Shown: positions 30,669 through 41,085, counted from the first letter of the stretch. The stretch is 64,000 bases of DNA from an uncultured Methanosarcinaceae archaeon (GCA_963847185.1 CAWJYV010000008.1:864001-928000), one strand, 5' to 3'. Program-made: numbers and translations. The notes: generated by a model not told the origin, from the sequence alone.

Positions 30669-31465
30669 CCGATAAAGTCCACCTTCGAACTCCTGTGAAA
30701 ATTTATTCTGCAGGTTGGGTGGATTCAGAACTTGTAATAACCGACAGCAACCTTATGATAGGTAAGCAAAAGGTTTCCCTGGGGGAAATAGAAGATCTGG
30801 AAGAAATTGATGTGGAAGGTGTTAATTGCATCCAGATTAAAAGAGAAGGAAACATCACACTTCAAATTCCAAAGAATCTTCATCAGCAGGTGTTCAGATT
30901 TATTGCCTTTAATCTTAAAGCAGATAAATTTGCGGTATTTTTTCTGTCATCTGCGACAGTTGGGGGTGTAGTTTCATCATCTGTTCAGTGGGAGAAGGGG
31001 TATTTCAGTGTAACAGACGGAGGACTCTGGTTTTTATCATCAAAAAATCAGAAAAGAATTCAAATTGATAATCTTGGATCGATTAATAAAGATGTTAGAG
31101 ATGTCGGCGGGAAACAACGAATGGTTCTCGTCCTTTCTCATGTTGAAAAAAGTGATGTAGTAACAAGCCTGGTCCTTTGTCCGGAAAGCACGCTGGAAAT
31201 GCTTGAAAACTATCTTCAGCGGCTTTTTGAAAAACATAAGCCTTCAATTAAATTGTCTGAAAACGAGGTGCAAATTCTTACACTGGTATATTCCGGGTTG
31301 GATTTCGCATCAATTGAAAATATAATTGGGATATCTACAGACGAGTTAAATAGTTATTATGATCGCCTTGTTGATGCAGGATTAGCTAAAGTTGTGAAAA
31401 TTAGAAAGGAAATAGAATTGACCCCACGCGGGGTAAGTATGGTTGATAAAATGTCTAAAGGGTAA
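30665..31465 (+). CDS. cheF: Archaeal chemotaxis adaptor CheF
   Basis: ATVGGVV..WEKG motif, C-terminal wHTH ending ELTPRG; position between cheW and cheY. Confidence 0.85.
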   Translation: MTDKVHLRTPVKIYSAGWVDSELVITDSNLMIGKQKVSLGEIEDLEEIDVEGVNCIQIKREGNITLQIPKNLHQQVFRFIAFNLKADKFAVFFLSSATVGGVVSSSVQWEKGYFSVTDGGLWFLSSKNQKRIQIDNLGSINKDVRDVGGKQRMVLVLSHVEKSDVVTSLVLCPESTLEMLENYLQRLFEKHKPSIKLSENEVQILTLVYSGLDFASIENIIGISTDELNSYYDRLVDAGLAKVVKIRKEIELTPRGVSMVDKMSKG

Positions 31466-31482
31466 TTTTTTGGGGGATACAT

Positions 31483-31845
31483 ATGGCAAAAGTATTAATC
31501 GTTGATGACACAGCTTTTATGAGGAAACTGCTTAAAAGTATACTTTTTGGGGCCGGATTCGATATCGCAGGGGAAGCTGAAAATGGAAAGCAGGCTGTGG
31601 AGTTATACAAGGAGCTTAAACCTGACGTTGTTACAATGGACGTTGTCATGCCTGAAATGACCGGAATTGATGCTTTAAAGAACATAAAGTCCATTGATAA
31701 AGATGCTAAAGTTGTGATGTGTACTGCCATCGGGCAGGAACAAATAGTGAAAACAGCTATCAAGCTGGGGGCTAGGGGCTATATAATTAAACCTTTCCAG
31801 GCACCCAAGGTCATTGAAGAGATAAAAAAAGTTGTAGGTGAATAA
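31483..31845 (+). CDS. cheY: Response regulator CheY
   Basis: VDD, MDVVMP, CTA, KPF. Confidence 0.95.
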   Translation: MAKVLIVDDTAFMRKLLKSILFGAGFDIAGEAENGKQAVELYKELKPDVVTMDVVMPEMTGIDALKNIKSIDKDAKVVMCTAIGQEQIVKTAIKLGARGYIIKPFQAPKVIEEIKKVVGE

Positions 31846-31859
31846 GATTCGAGGGTAGC

Positions 31860-32913
31860 ATGATCCGTACTCTTATTGTTGATGATTCTGCCTTCATGCG
31901 GATGGCAATAAGAAGCATGCTTGCTAGCAGCTCAGATATAAAAATAGTCGGAGATGCCTGCAATGGGAAAGAAGCTGTGGAGAAATCAAAGGCATTACAC
32001 CCTGATATAATCATAATGGACGTTAACATGCCAGTTATGGATGGGCTGACTGCTGTTAAAACCATTATGGGGACAAATCCAGTTCCCATTATCATGTTCA
32101 GCACTCTGACTTCAGAAGGCTCAAAAGAGGCATTGGAAGCCTTGCATCTTGGGGCAATAGATTTTGTAACAAAATCTGAGAGTCACCATGATGTAAATAA
32201 AGTAGAGGGCGAACTGGTAGATAAAATAAGAAACATTCACCGGTCAAATCCTAACATATTAAGATTAATAAATATGAGGAAATTTAAAGGTGAAGTTGTC
32301 AGAAAAAACTGGAAATGTCTCTGGGGACTTTGCAGTTTTAATAGGTTCATCCACTGGTGGTCCTTCATCTCTTGAACAGATAATTCCAAGACTTCCTGGA
32401 GATTTACCTGCTCCAGTTTTTGTTGTCCAGCATATGCCTGAAGGAACTTTTTGCAGGCAAATGGCAGAAAGACTAAACTTTTTGTCTGAGGTCGAGGTCC
32501 AGGAAGCCAGACATAATGAAAAAGTAAAAAATGGTGTTGTTTATATAGCGCCCGGCGGCTACCACATGCAGATAAAAAAGGCTCTGGATGTCGTCAGAGT
32601 TAAACTGGTGAAAGGCCAGCCGATTCACGCTGTAATGCCTGCAGTTGATATAACTGCTGAAAGCATGCTGAATGTATATGGGAAAAACATAGTAGCGTCT
32701 ATTCTTACGGGTATGGGTATTGATGGTGCTAATGGATTTAAACTGATACACGATGCAGGCGGTTCTACAATCGCATGCAGTGAAGATACATGCATCGTCT
32801 TTGGAATGCCAAAAGCTGCAATAGACAATGGAGCTATTGATATTGTGAAGCCCATTTTTGAGATCCCTGAAGAAATTGTTGACAGACTGGAGGCGAAATG
32901 TAATGGAAAGTGA
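31860..32913 (+). pseudogene. cheB: cheB methylesterase split by a +1 frameshift near 32303-32320 (receiver 31860-32375; methylesterase 32290-32913)
   Basis: Receiver motifs in one frame; GSSTGG, VQHM, LTGMGIDG and FGMP in the next frame. Confidence 0.85.
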
Positions 32914-35719
32914 TATGGCAGCTTACAAAAACGATTTTCTTCAGGAACTTTATGAATGTCTTGATATATTTAATCAGTCTTTTGTAGATCTGGAGAATGG
33001 GGATAATGCCGCTGTTAATGAGATCTTTAGAGTAGTGCATACGATAAAAGGAATGGCTGGCTTTCTTGCATATAAATCGCTTGAAAAGCTGTGCCACAGT
33101 ATGGAAGAAGTTTTATGCGGCATAAAAAACGGGGATGTGGAGATAGATGGTGAACTAATTGACATTATGCTTTCAGGAGTAGACAGAATTACGGAAATGG
33201 TTACTAAAATAGAAAACGAAGACAATGACAATGTAAAAATAGAAGATCTTCTGGAAGCTTTCGATAATTACAAAGATGTAAAAAATAGTAGTAAACAGGG
33301 AGCTCTTTGTATAAAGGGGCCAGTGAAAAATGATGTTTTGCCTTCAAAACCAATTTCCACACCGGTTTCGAATGATAATATTTCTTCAAATGAGGGGCAG
33401 TGTGATGAACAGCCAAATAGAGATATCATTGATACCAAAGCTTGCAATCTAATCTTGAATGTAACTCTTTCTAATGATTGCATAGTGAAGGATTTGAGAG
33501 CGTCTCTGATTATAGAATCTCTCAGGGACATATCTACAGTAATTGCCACGGATCCTGCTGAAAATGCAATGGGTGGTAACTTTAATGGGCGTTTTACACT
33601 ATTCATTTCTGGAGATAATGCTAAAGTTGAAGAGTTAATGGATAGAATTTCCGAAATCGATCAATTTAATATTATTTCCAAAGAGGATTCAGATAGCTTT
33701 AACTCAGCATTAATGTCTTTTCAACCAGTGCAAAATCAACTTATTTCAGGTTTAGAAGGCCGCAATGAACAGTTATTGGAAAATATTACGAGTGAAGATA
33801 ATTACAATCTTATTTTAAATGTAATTCTTTCTGATGATTGTCTTGCGAAGGATCTGAGAGCTTCTTTAATCATAGAGTCTCTCAGGGATGTATGTAATGT
33901 AATAAAAACATACCCTGAGGAATATGAAATTGATAAAAATTTCATAGGTCAGTTGACCATATTCATTTCAGGAGACGGTGACTCGGTTGAAGAGTTAATG
34001 GATAGAATTTCGGAAATTGAACAATACCATATTGTTTGTGACGATGAGGTCCGTTTTGGTGGTTCAAGTTCAGAAAAATCCAGTGCGGATACTACATCTG
34101 TTCCAGGTGTGGTGGATGAAACAGCAGCAATTTCCGCTACAAACAAGTCAAATACATTTCGTTTTTCTATCCGCAACTTGATAACAAAAATACACTTTAT
34201 TTTAAAGATAAATAAATCCCTAAATGGTCTCAAGAGTATTGAATTTGCTGGAATACTTCCAGGGAAAAAGTTTAAAGATTCATCCAGTAGCAACCAGCGG
34301 TCACATAATATTCAGATTTTAGAATCAAGCTCTAAGAAATATCCTGATCAAGAGTTAAAATTGGATAATACTCCAGTTGACAATGTTACGGCCGGCAAAG
34401 TCTCGATCGATAAAGTTCAGCCTCCGAAAGAAAGGTCTGTTGAGATTCACAGGCAAGGAGCTCATTTACAGAAATCTCATGACCTTGAAGAATCAGACAA
34501 TGATTCCGGCAGCCAGCTTTCAGAATCTGAAAGATCAAAGACAGTATCATCGGAAACGAAAAGACAGGAAACTATTCGGGTTAGCATCTCAAACCTTGAC
34601 AATATAATGAACCTTGTTGGTGAGCTTGTCATCAATAAAGGACGTTTACTGCAAATATCTCAGAAGTACCGTATACCTGAACTGGAGGAAGCAACCGGTA
34701 CTCTGGATAAATCAATCTCAAGCTTGCAGGACGAGGTTATGAGAACGCGGATGGTGAAAATTGAAAGAGTATTCAGTAAGTTTCCGCGCATGGTAAGGGA
34801 TTTAAGTAGAAAACTTAACAAGGAAGTTGAGTTTGAGATCGAAGGGCAGGATACGGAATTAGATCGGACAATTCTGGATGAGATTAGTGATCCTCTAGTT
34901 CATCTTGTAAGGAATTCGGTTGATCACGGTATAGAGAAACCTCAAGATAGGGAACAATCTGGAAAAAGCAGGACTGGCCACATAAAACTCTCAGCTAGAA
35001 GAGAGAAAAATAACGTCATAATTGAGATCGAAGATGACGGTAAAGGTCTGGATGTCGAGGTGCTAAAAAAGAAAGCTCTCGAGAAGGGTTTATTGTCATC
35101 GTTTGAGATAGACAATCTCAGTGATGATGAAGTCAGAATGCTTATTTTTGTTCCTGGTTTTTCAACAAAAGAAAGCGTAACTGAAATTTCTGGCAGGGGC
35201 GTAGGTATGGATGCAGTTAAAACTGCTGTTGAAAAATTGGGGGGAAAGGTCAGGATATATTCCAAGAAAGGGGAGTATGCAAAAATCAGGATCGATTTGC
35301 CTCCTACAGTTGCTATAATAAGATCCCTGCTTGTAGAAGTCGGACCTGAGACTTATGCGATCCCGATTTCTAATGTTGTGAAAGCCTTGAGTGTTGGAGA
35401 CAATGATTACAAGCTCGTTAAAGGAACTCCTCTGCTCTATATAAATGACAGGTTAATTCCAATTTTAAACTTAAAAGAAATTTTTAGTATAAATTGTGAA
35501 AAATCAGATGCACAAATTGCAATAATTGTAGAAAAAGAAAATGAAGAAGTTGGTCTTATAGTTGATTCAATTATAGATCAACAGGAAATTGTCATTAAGC
35601 CACTTTCAAATATTTTCTCAAGTTTAAAAGGCTTTAGTGGAGTTACAATATTGGGGGACGGGCGAGTAATACCGATTCTAGACGTATCTATGCTTATTAG
35701 GGATGATATTGATGATTGA
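32903..35719 (+). CDS. cheA: Histidine kinase CheA with two P2 domains and a long insert
   Basis: FRVVHTIKG Hpt, HLVRNSVDHG, DDGKG, SGRGVGMD, C-terminal CheW domain; ATG at 32903 after GGAGG. Confidence 0.95.
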   Translation: MESDMAAYKNDFLQELYECLDIFNQSFVDLENGDNAAVNEIFRVVHTIKGMAGFLAYKSLEKLCHSMEEVLCGIKNGDVEIDGELIDIMLSGVDRITEMVTKIENEDNDNVKIEDLLEAFDNYKDVKNSSKQGALCIKGPVKNDVLPSKPISTPVSNDNISSNEGQCDEQPNRDIIDTKACNLILNVTLSNDCIVKDLRASLIIESLRDISTVIATDPAENAMGGNFNGRFTLFISGDNAKVEELMDRISEIDQFNIISKEDSDSFNSALMSFQPVQNQLISGLEGRNEQLLENITSEDNYNLILNVILSDDCLAKDLRASLIIESLRDVCNVIKTYPEEYEIDKNFIGQLTIFISGDGDSVEELMDRISEIEQYHIVCDDEVRFGGSSSEKSSADTTSVPGVVDETAAISATNKSNTFRFSIRNLITKIHFILKINKSLNGLKSIEFAGILPGKKFKDSSSSNQRSHNIQILESSSKKYPDQELKLDNTPVDNVTAGKVSIDKVQPPKERSVEIHRQGAHLQKSHDLEESDNDSGSQLSESERSKTVSSETKRQETIRVSISNLDNIMNLVGELVINKGRLLQISQKYRIPELEEATGTLDKSISSLQDEVMRTRMVKIERVFSKFPRMVRDLSRKLNKEVEFEIEGQDTELDRTILDEISDPLVHLVRNSVDHGIEKPQDREQSGKSRTGHIKLSARREKNNVIIEIEDDGKGLDVEVLKKKALEKGLLSSFEIDNLSDDEVRMLIFVPGFSTKESVTEISGRGVGMDAVKTAVEKLGGKVRIYSKKGEYAKIRIDLPPTVAIIRSLLVEVGPETYAIPISNVVKALSVGDNDYKLVKGTPLLYINDRLIPILNLKEIFSINCEKSDAQIAIIVEKENEEVGLIVDSIIDQQEIVIKPLSNIFSSLKGFSGVTILGDGRVIPILDVSMLIRDDIDD

Positions 35720-36314
35720 TTTGGGTAATCTTAATGAAATGGAAATCGATGTTCTTAAAGAACTCGGAAATATTGGGGCTGGGCACGCAGCAACATCGCT
35801 TTCTCAACTTCTTGGTAAAGAGGTGGAAATGACAGTTCCAGAGGTCAAGATTAGAGAAATCAAGCTTCTGTTTAATGAATTCGTCACTGATCTTGTTGCA
35901 GGCGTAATCATAGCACTACAGGATCTTGAAGAAAAGAAGTCTGGCTATCTATATATCATGTTTCCTCAAGAATCATCCAGAAAAATAGCTGGCAGTTTGT
36001 TTGGCCTGGAAGAGATTGATGAAGAAATGTATGAATCCACTATCATGGAAGTAGGAAACATCCTGTCTTCTGCTTTTTGTGATGCATGCGCCGATTTCAT
36101 GGGTATAATTTTGCTGCCCTCTCCTCCAAGTTTCGCAGTAGATGTTCCGACGGCTGTTGTCGATTCAGTAGTTTCGCAGATGGCTAAGAAGAGTAACCAC
36201 GTAATTTTATTTGAGACTAAACTCAGCTCGGATTCAGATATTGAAATCTTTTTAGCTTTGCTTCCAGAAACATGCCTGCTTGATGATATTATGGGTATGA
36301 TGGAACAGCTATGA
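35712..36314 (+). CDS. cheC: CheC phosphatase
   Basis: DVLKELGNIGAGHAATSLS and EVGNIL motifs. Confidence 0.93.
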   Translation: MIDLGNLNEMEIDVLKELGNIGAGHAATSLSQLLGKEVEMTVPEVKIREIKLLFNEFVTDLVAGVIIALQDLEEKKSGYLYIMFPQESSRKIAGSLFGLEEIDEEMYESTIMEVGNILSSAFCDACADFMGIILLPSPPSFAVDVPTAVVDSVVSQMAKKSNHVILFETKLSSDSDIEIFLALLPETCLLDDIMGMMEQL

Positions 36315-36973
36315 CCAGCAAAATTTTGTTTGTCGCAAATAAAAGTGAAAAGGCAATCTTTCTAACCAAGAGGGATGTGCTAGTAAAGTCTTATTGTTCA
36401 ATTTCAAGTAGCTGCCCGTCCGCAGATTGCTGCCAGTCATGTGATTTGATCGATGCTGCAAAAAATTACCTGGTTAATGGAAAATCAAATCTCAATATTG
36501 TAAATCTGGATGGAGAATTGTCAGCTGGGATAGGGGAATATCAAATAGGGAGAAAGATCCTTCTGGAAGCTATGGGCCTTGGTTCCTGTGTTGGAGTTAT
36601 TCTCTTTGATATGTCGACGGGTATCTCTGGAATAGCACATGTATTGCTTCCGGGAGCTTCACAAAACGGTGAAACCAAGTATGCCGAGACAGCTATTCAG
36701 AAAATGTTTGAAGATATGGTTAAGCAGGGAGCCAGGAGAAGCAAGATTGTCTCAAAGTTTGCTGGGGGAGCTCAAGTTTTTAAGCATATGAACCTGGATA
36801 TTCTCAAAATAGGTGATAGAAACGCGGTATCTGTTGAAGAAACTCTGATCAAATACAAAATCCCAATACTGGCCAAAGATGTGGGAGGGGAAGTTGGCAG
36901 AAATGTTATCTTTAACCCTTTGGACGGCAGTATGATTGTTAAATATACTAAGGGGGGGTTATTATGGCTGTAA
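36311..36973 (+). CDS. cheD: Receptor deamidase CheD with Cys-rich N-terminal extension
   Basis: GLGSCVG, AHVLLP, KFAGGA, IGDRN, DVGG. Confidence 0.93.
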   Translation: MTSKILFVANKSEKAIFLTKRDVLVKSYCSISSSCPSADCCQSCDLIDAAKNYLVNGKSNLNIVNLDGELSAGIGEYQIGRKILLEAMGLGSCVGVILFDMSTGISGIAHVLLPGASQNGETKYAETAIQKMFEDMVKQGARRSKIVSKFAGGAQVFKHMNLDILKIGDRNAVSVEETLIKYKIPILAKDVGGEVGRNVIFNPLDGSMIVKYTKGGLLWL

Positions 36974-37776
36974 ATCTTGATGATGGTTTTCAATTTCTCG
37001 TAAGAAAAGCTTCCAAGTCATCGGGAGTTGACCTTACTGGTTACAGAGATGCTTATCTCAGAAGAAGAATTGACCTGCGAATGAAAAACGTGGGCATAGA
37101 CAATTATGCGGCTTATGTGAAACTGCTGGAAACAGATCCAAATGAATTGGCTGAGTTCCTGAACGCTATTACTGTGAACGTTACGGAATTTATGCGGGAT
37201 AAAACTCCATTTCTATTTTTCCGGAATCAAATCTTGCCGGATATTATGGAGAGAAAAAAAAAGTCTCAAAGCAACATGGTCAGGTTCTGGAGCGCAGCCT
37301 GTTCCAATGGGGAGGAGCCTTACTCAATTGGGATCTGTTCAAAAGAGGTTTTGCCCGTAGACTGGAGTATCTCAGTTTACGCGACCGATATTGACTCCGA
37401 TTGTCTTAGTCGCGCGATAAAAGGTATATATACTAAAGATCATTTGAAAAATTTAGACTCTTCTCTTATCCCCAAGTATTTTGAACCTTCAGGAGACAAT
37501 TTAAAGGTAAAAAACATTCCTAAATTAGCCATCAGATTCAAAAAACACGACTTAACCACTGAGCCTCCTATTTCAAAGTATCTTGATGCTGTATTCTGCA
37601 GAAATGTTATGATCTATTTTAATGATAAACAAAAAGTAAAAATGCTAACTGATTTTTATAATTCACTCTCTGATAACGGGTATCTAATTATAGGCAAATC
37701 CGAAACATTACCGGATGAAATAAGAGAGATGTTCGATCCGGTTAGTGTGAGAGATAAAGTTTTTAGGAAAGTATGA
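36964..37776 (+). CDS. cheR: Chemotaxis methyltransferase CheR
   Basis: TVNVTEFMRD, WSAACSNGEEPYS, ATDID, CRNVMIYF. Confidence 0.95.
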   Translation: MAVNLDDGFQFLVRKASKSSGVDLTGYRDAYLRRRIDLRMKNVGIDNYAAYVKLLETDPNELAEFLNAITVNVTEFMRDKTPFLFFRNQILPDIMERKKKSQSNMVRFWSAACSNGEEPYSIGICSKEVLPVDWSISVYATDIDSDCLSRAIKGIYTKDHLKNLDSSLIPKYFEPSGDNLKVKNIPKLAIRFKKHDLTTEPPISKYLDAVFCRNVMIYFNDKQKVKMLTDFYNSLSDNGYLIIGKSETLPDEIREMFDPVSVRDKVFRKV

Positions 37777-38204
37777 ATTTCTTTCTCTTTTTAGAGCAAT
37801 TTCTAAATTTTTTTATTCTTTTTTTGTTCGTACTTTTAGTAAGTTCTTATAGTTACTTCGTATTTTTCAATAGAACTCTTCAATATATTAGTAATAGTAT
37901 TTTTTGTTTGAACTGCTCCTTTGACTTCAAACTTTAAATTGAAATTTTTTGTTTCCTGCTACTGTCTTTTTTTAACTGGTTTCTATACATATTCTTTCTC
38001 TAAACTTATTTTTGCTCTGAATTCTGGAGTCAAGTTATATTTTACTTGTTATGATTACAACTTTCCTCAAAATCATGTTCTCTGTCTGCAAAATATTCTC
38101 TCATTTTTTCTATAAAAGGTTAGTATATATACAATATCAAAATGTGGATTTAGTGAACTAACTTTTTTAAATAAATTTTTCATTTATTCGGTAGATATTT
38201 ATAA

Positions 38205-38260
38205 TGAAATATTTATATGCAAGTTTGACGATATTTAGGTCGTTAATATAATAATCACCT
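38205..38260 (+). promoter_or_regulatory. Promoter/leader of archaellin pair 1 (TTTATA box; CGATATT..TAATATAATAATCAC)
   Basis: The same motif arrangement recurs at 40355-40405. Confidence 0.6.
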
Positions 38261-38281
38261 CATCATGTGGAGTGATTTGGT

Positions 38282-38869
38282 ATGTGGAGTAAATTTAAAA
38301 CAGACGAAAACGGATTTACGGGGTTAGAAGCAGCAATTGTGCTTGTAGCCTTCGTCGTCGTAGCCGCAGTTTTCAGCTACGTCATGTTGGGGGCTGGGTT
38401 CTTTACTACCCAGAAAAGTCAGGAAGTCGTTCACACAGGAGTAACTCAGGCAAGTAGCAGTCTTGCACCGTCTGGAGATGTAATTGTGGTTGGGAATGCA
38501 GCCAGCACTATACCCACGATCATCTTGTATGTAACAAACACTGCAGGTGGAACATCTGTAGACCTCGATAAGACTGTAGTTACCTATACTGATAGTGACG
38601 ATTATGTATCAAAGGAATATGCTGCTGCTGGAGCAAATGGATGGACTTATACCGAGGTAATAGCTGAAACCGGGAGTGCAGTGAATCTTGTTGATAAGGG
38701 CGAAAAGTACAGGATAGAACTTACTTTGGCTACTCTTGGAGCCACTACGCTACCGGCAGCAAATGAGGGTGTCAAGATTGAGGTAAAACCTCCTGAAGGT
38801 GCAGTTCTCGTTCTTACCAGAACTATGCCTCCTGCAATCGGAGATGCCACAAATTACGTAGTTTACTGA
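38282..38869 (+). CDS. flaB: Archaellin (type A, pair 1)
   Basis: Class III signal peptide ENG|FTGLEAAIVLVAFVVVAAVFS. Confidence 0.95.
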   Translation: MWSKFKTDENGFTGLEAAIVLVAFVVVAAVFSYVMLGAGFFTTQKSQEVVHTGVTQASSSLAPSGDVIVVGNAASTIPTIILYVTNTAGGTSVDLDKTVVTYTDSDDYVSKEYAAAGANGWTYTEVIAETGSAVNLVDKGEKYRIELTLATLGATTLPAANEGVKIEVKPPEGAVLVLTRTMPPAIGDATNYVVY

Positions 38870-38879
38870 GGTGATGGGG

Positions 38880-39476
38880 ATGTGGAATAAATTTATAAAA
38901 AATGAAAAAGGTTTTACTGGTCTTGAAGCCGCAATTGTTCTCGTAGCTTTCGTTGTCGTAGCTGCAGTTTTCAGCTACGTTATGCTGGGAGCTGGGTTCT
39001 ATACAACCCAGAAAAGCCAGGAAGTTGTGCACACAGGGGTACAGCAGGCAAGCAGCAGTGTAGAGCTGAGTGGAGATGTAACTGCTCATGGTGCTGCTAA
39101 TGAAATTACTACCGTCGATTTGTGCCTTCAATTGACTTGTGGAGGTTCATCAGTTGATATGGATAAAACTCTTATCGTTTTCTCCGCTCCAGATGTAACT
39201 CCAACTGACTTAGTTGTTGGTACTCCCTCCAGTGCAACCGCTTTCGCTATAACAAATAGGTTTAATGGAGGCGGGGCTGCAGGTGACAACCTTCTTGATA
39301 GGTTCGAGAAATTCCAGATTGAACTCAATGTGAATGATATAGCCAATGCAGACGGTGGTGCAAGTATAGGGCCTAACGATCAATTCCAGATTGAAATCAA
39401 ACCTCCTCAAGGAGCTACCTATACTCTTCACAGGACCGCACCTCCCTCGATTGGTGCAGTACAGGCTCTCTATTAA
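38880..39476 (+). CDS. flaB: Archaellin (type B, pair 1)
   Basis: EKG|FTGLEAAIVL; GAGGTGA RBS. Confidence 0.95.
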   Translation: MWNKFIKNEKGFTGLEAAIVLVAFVVVAAVFSYVMLGAGFYTTQKSQEVVHTGVQQASSSVELSGDVTAHGAANEITTVDLCLQLTCGGSSVDMDKTLIVFSAPDVTPTDLVVGTPSSATAFAITNRFNGGGAAGDNLLDRFEKFQIELNVNDIANADGGASIGPNDQFQIEIKPPQGATYTLHRTAPPSIGAVQALY

Positions 39477-39496
39477 ACAATCTATCAATAAGTCTA

Positions 39497-39528
39497 AATG
39501 GCATTCTTCTGAGTGCCATTATTTTTTT
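39497..39528 (+). terminator. Hairpin plus T-tract after archaellin pair 1
   Basis: AATGGCATTC-TTCT-GAGTGCCATT-ATTTTTTT. Confidence 0.7.
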
Positions 39529-39699
39529 CATTAAATCCGAGTTTGCAAGAGACGAAATTTCCTTGTAAACTGTTAAAATTTATCAATATATATCTCTTTT
39601 TACTAATTTTTTGAACCAAGTCCTGTCAAGTTTTGTTTTCGTTACTTTTTTAGTAGTGGAGAAAAAATGCCCCTTTGCTTGTAGTCGGATGCGCCAGAA

Positions 39700-39870
39700 C
39701 AACTTTGATTCTCTGTTTTCTGCGCTTTTAGTGGTTCGTAGTTTGATTTTTGTAAATTTTCTGTTTAGCGAAGCTTAGTGTTCACTTTGTAGATTAGCCA
39801 ATCGAGAAAAGCAAAAAGGTATGTGTACTGTTGCGATTACATCCAACTCTAAGCAAATATTCTATTTCCG
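39700..39870 (-). repeat. Degenerate fragments of the dispersed hairpin repeat
   Basis: GTTTTCTGCGCTTTTAGTG and CTGTTGCGATTACATC-CAACT resemble the reverse complement of parts of 8311-8590. Confidence 0.5.
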
Positions 39871-40354
39871 ATGCTCTCAATAATAGTTCGGGTGATGTAA
39901 TTCAGGCGGTGCAGCTCGAATGACGCAACTCGGAAGAGTTATAATTCGGGTTTGTATAATTTTTCTCTTTATATTTTTGAGGGGAATAATCTTAAGTTAA
40001 AATAATTAGTAATTATAAAAGACTATTTTTTTCTACTTTAAACTAAATTGATGCTCCTACAGAACAGTTTTTCCCATTTTTTTGCCTTCATCTCAGTAAA
40101 TTTTTTAACTTAATATTAAATAAATATTTTTGTAAAGTATGTGGGTATTTCGTGCTTGGAGTAAAATCTGGATAGATATTTTTTTCTTTCTCGAATGTGG
40201 GGTCTATTGTCAAAACTAATGATTCTCAAATGGATTATTAAATTATCCTTTGTCAATATTTCACACTCGGTCTACAATTTTTAGTCCAGTTTTTCAACTA
40301 ATTTTTACTTTTTCTATTTAATTTTTATATATTGTTACCTATTTTACTCTCGAA

Positions 40355-40405
40355 ACATTTATATTCTAATCTGCGATATTATAATCTGTAATATAATAAT
40401 CACAC
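40355..40405 (+). promoter_or_regulatory. Promoter/leader of archaellin pair 2 and the fla operon
   Basis: ATTTATAT..CGATATT..TAATATAATAATCAC shared with 38205-38260. Confidence 0.6.
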
Positions 40406-40427
40406 CATAATTCAAGGGTGAATTATT

Positions 40428-41075
40428 ATGTCTTATAAATTTCAGAAAAATGAATATGGGTTTACGGGGTTAGAAGCAGCAATCGTGCTGATAGCCTTTG
40501 TTGTCGTAGCTGCAGTTTTCAGCTACGTCATGTTGGGAGCGGGGTTCTATACAACCCAGAAAAGCCAAGAAGTCGTTCATACGGGGGTAACACAAGCAAG
40601 TAGCAGTATCGCACCGTCAGGAGATGTAATTGTTAGAGGTGCTGCAGCCAGCACTGCAAGTCAGATTACATTCTATATAACTAACACTGCCGGTGGAACT
40701 CCTGTAGATCTGGATAAAACAATCCTTACCTACACAGACGATGACGATTTCAACACAAAGGAATATGTTGTCGATAGTACATCAACACCTGATATTACAA
40801 AAGGACCAGCAGCCATCCCTGCAGATGGTGCCTGGACTAATACTAATGGGTGGGTTTACGACGGCGTAATCATTAGTGGTACTGAAGACAATCTGCTGTC
40901 ACAGGGGGAAAAATATAAGGTAGTAGTTGACATTGCCACTCTAGGTGCTTCGACATCACCTGGAATAAATGAAAGGTTCAAGGTTGAGTTAAAACCACCT
41001 GAGGGTGCAGTTCTCACTCTCTCAAGAACAACGCCTGCTGCACTTGTCGCGGACAATTATTATCCTGTCTACTGA
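40428..41075 (+). CDS. flaB: Archaellin (type A, pair 2)
   Basis: EYG|FTGLEAAIVLIAF; closest to 38282-38869. Confidence 0.95.
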   Translation: MSYKFQKNEYGFTGLEAAIVLIAFVVVAAVFSYVMLGAGFYTTQKSQEVVHTGVTQASSSIAPSGDVIVRGAAASTASQITFYITNTAGGTPVDLDKTILTYTDDDDFNTKEYVVDSTSTPDITKGPAAIPADGAWTNTNGWVYDGVIISGTEDNLLSQGEKYKVVVDIATLGASTSPGINERFKVELKPPEGAVLTLSRTTPAALVADNYYPVY

Positions 41076-41085
41076 GGTGATTAAA

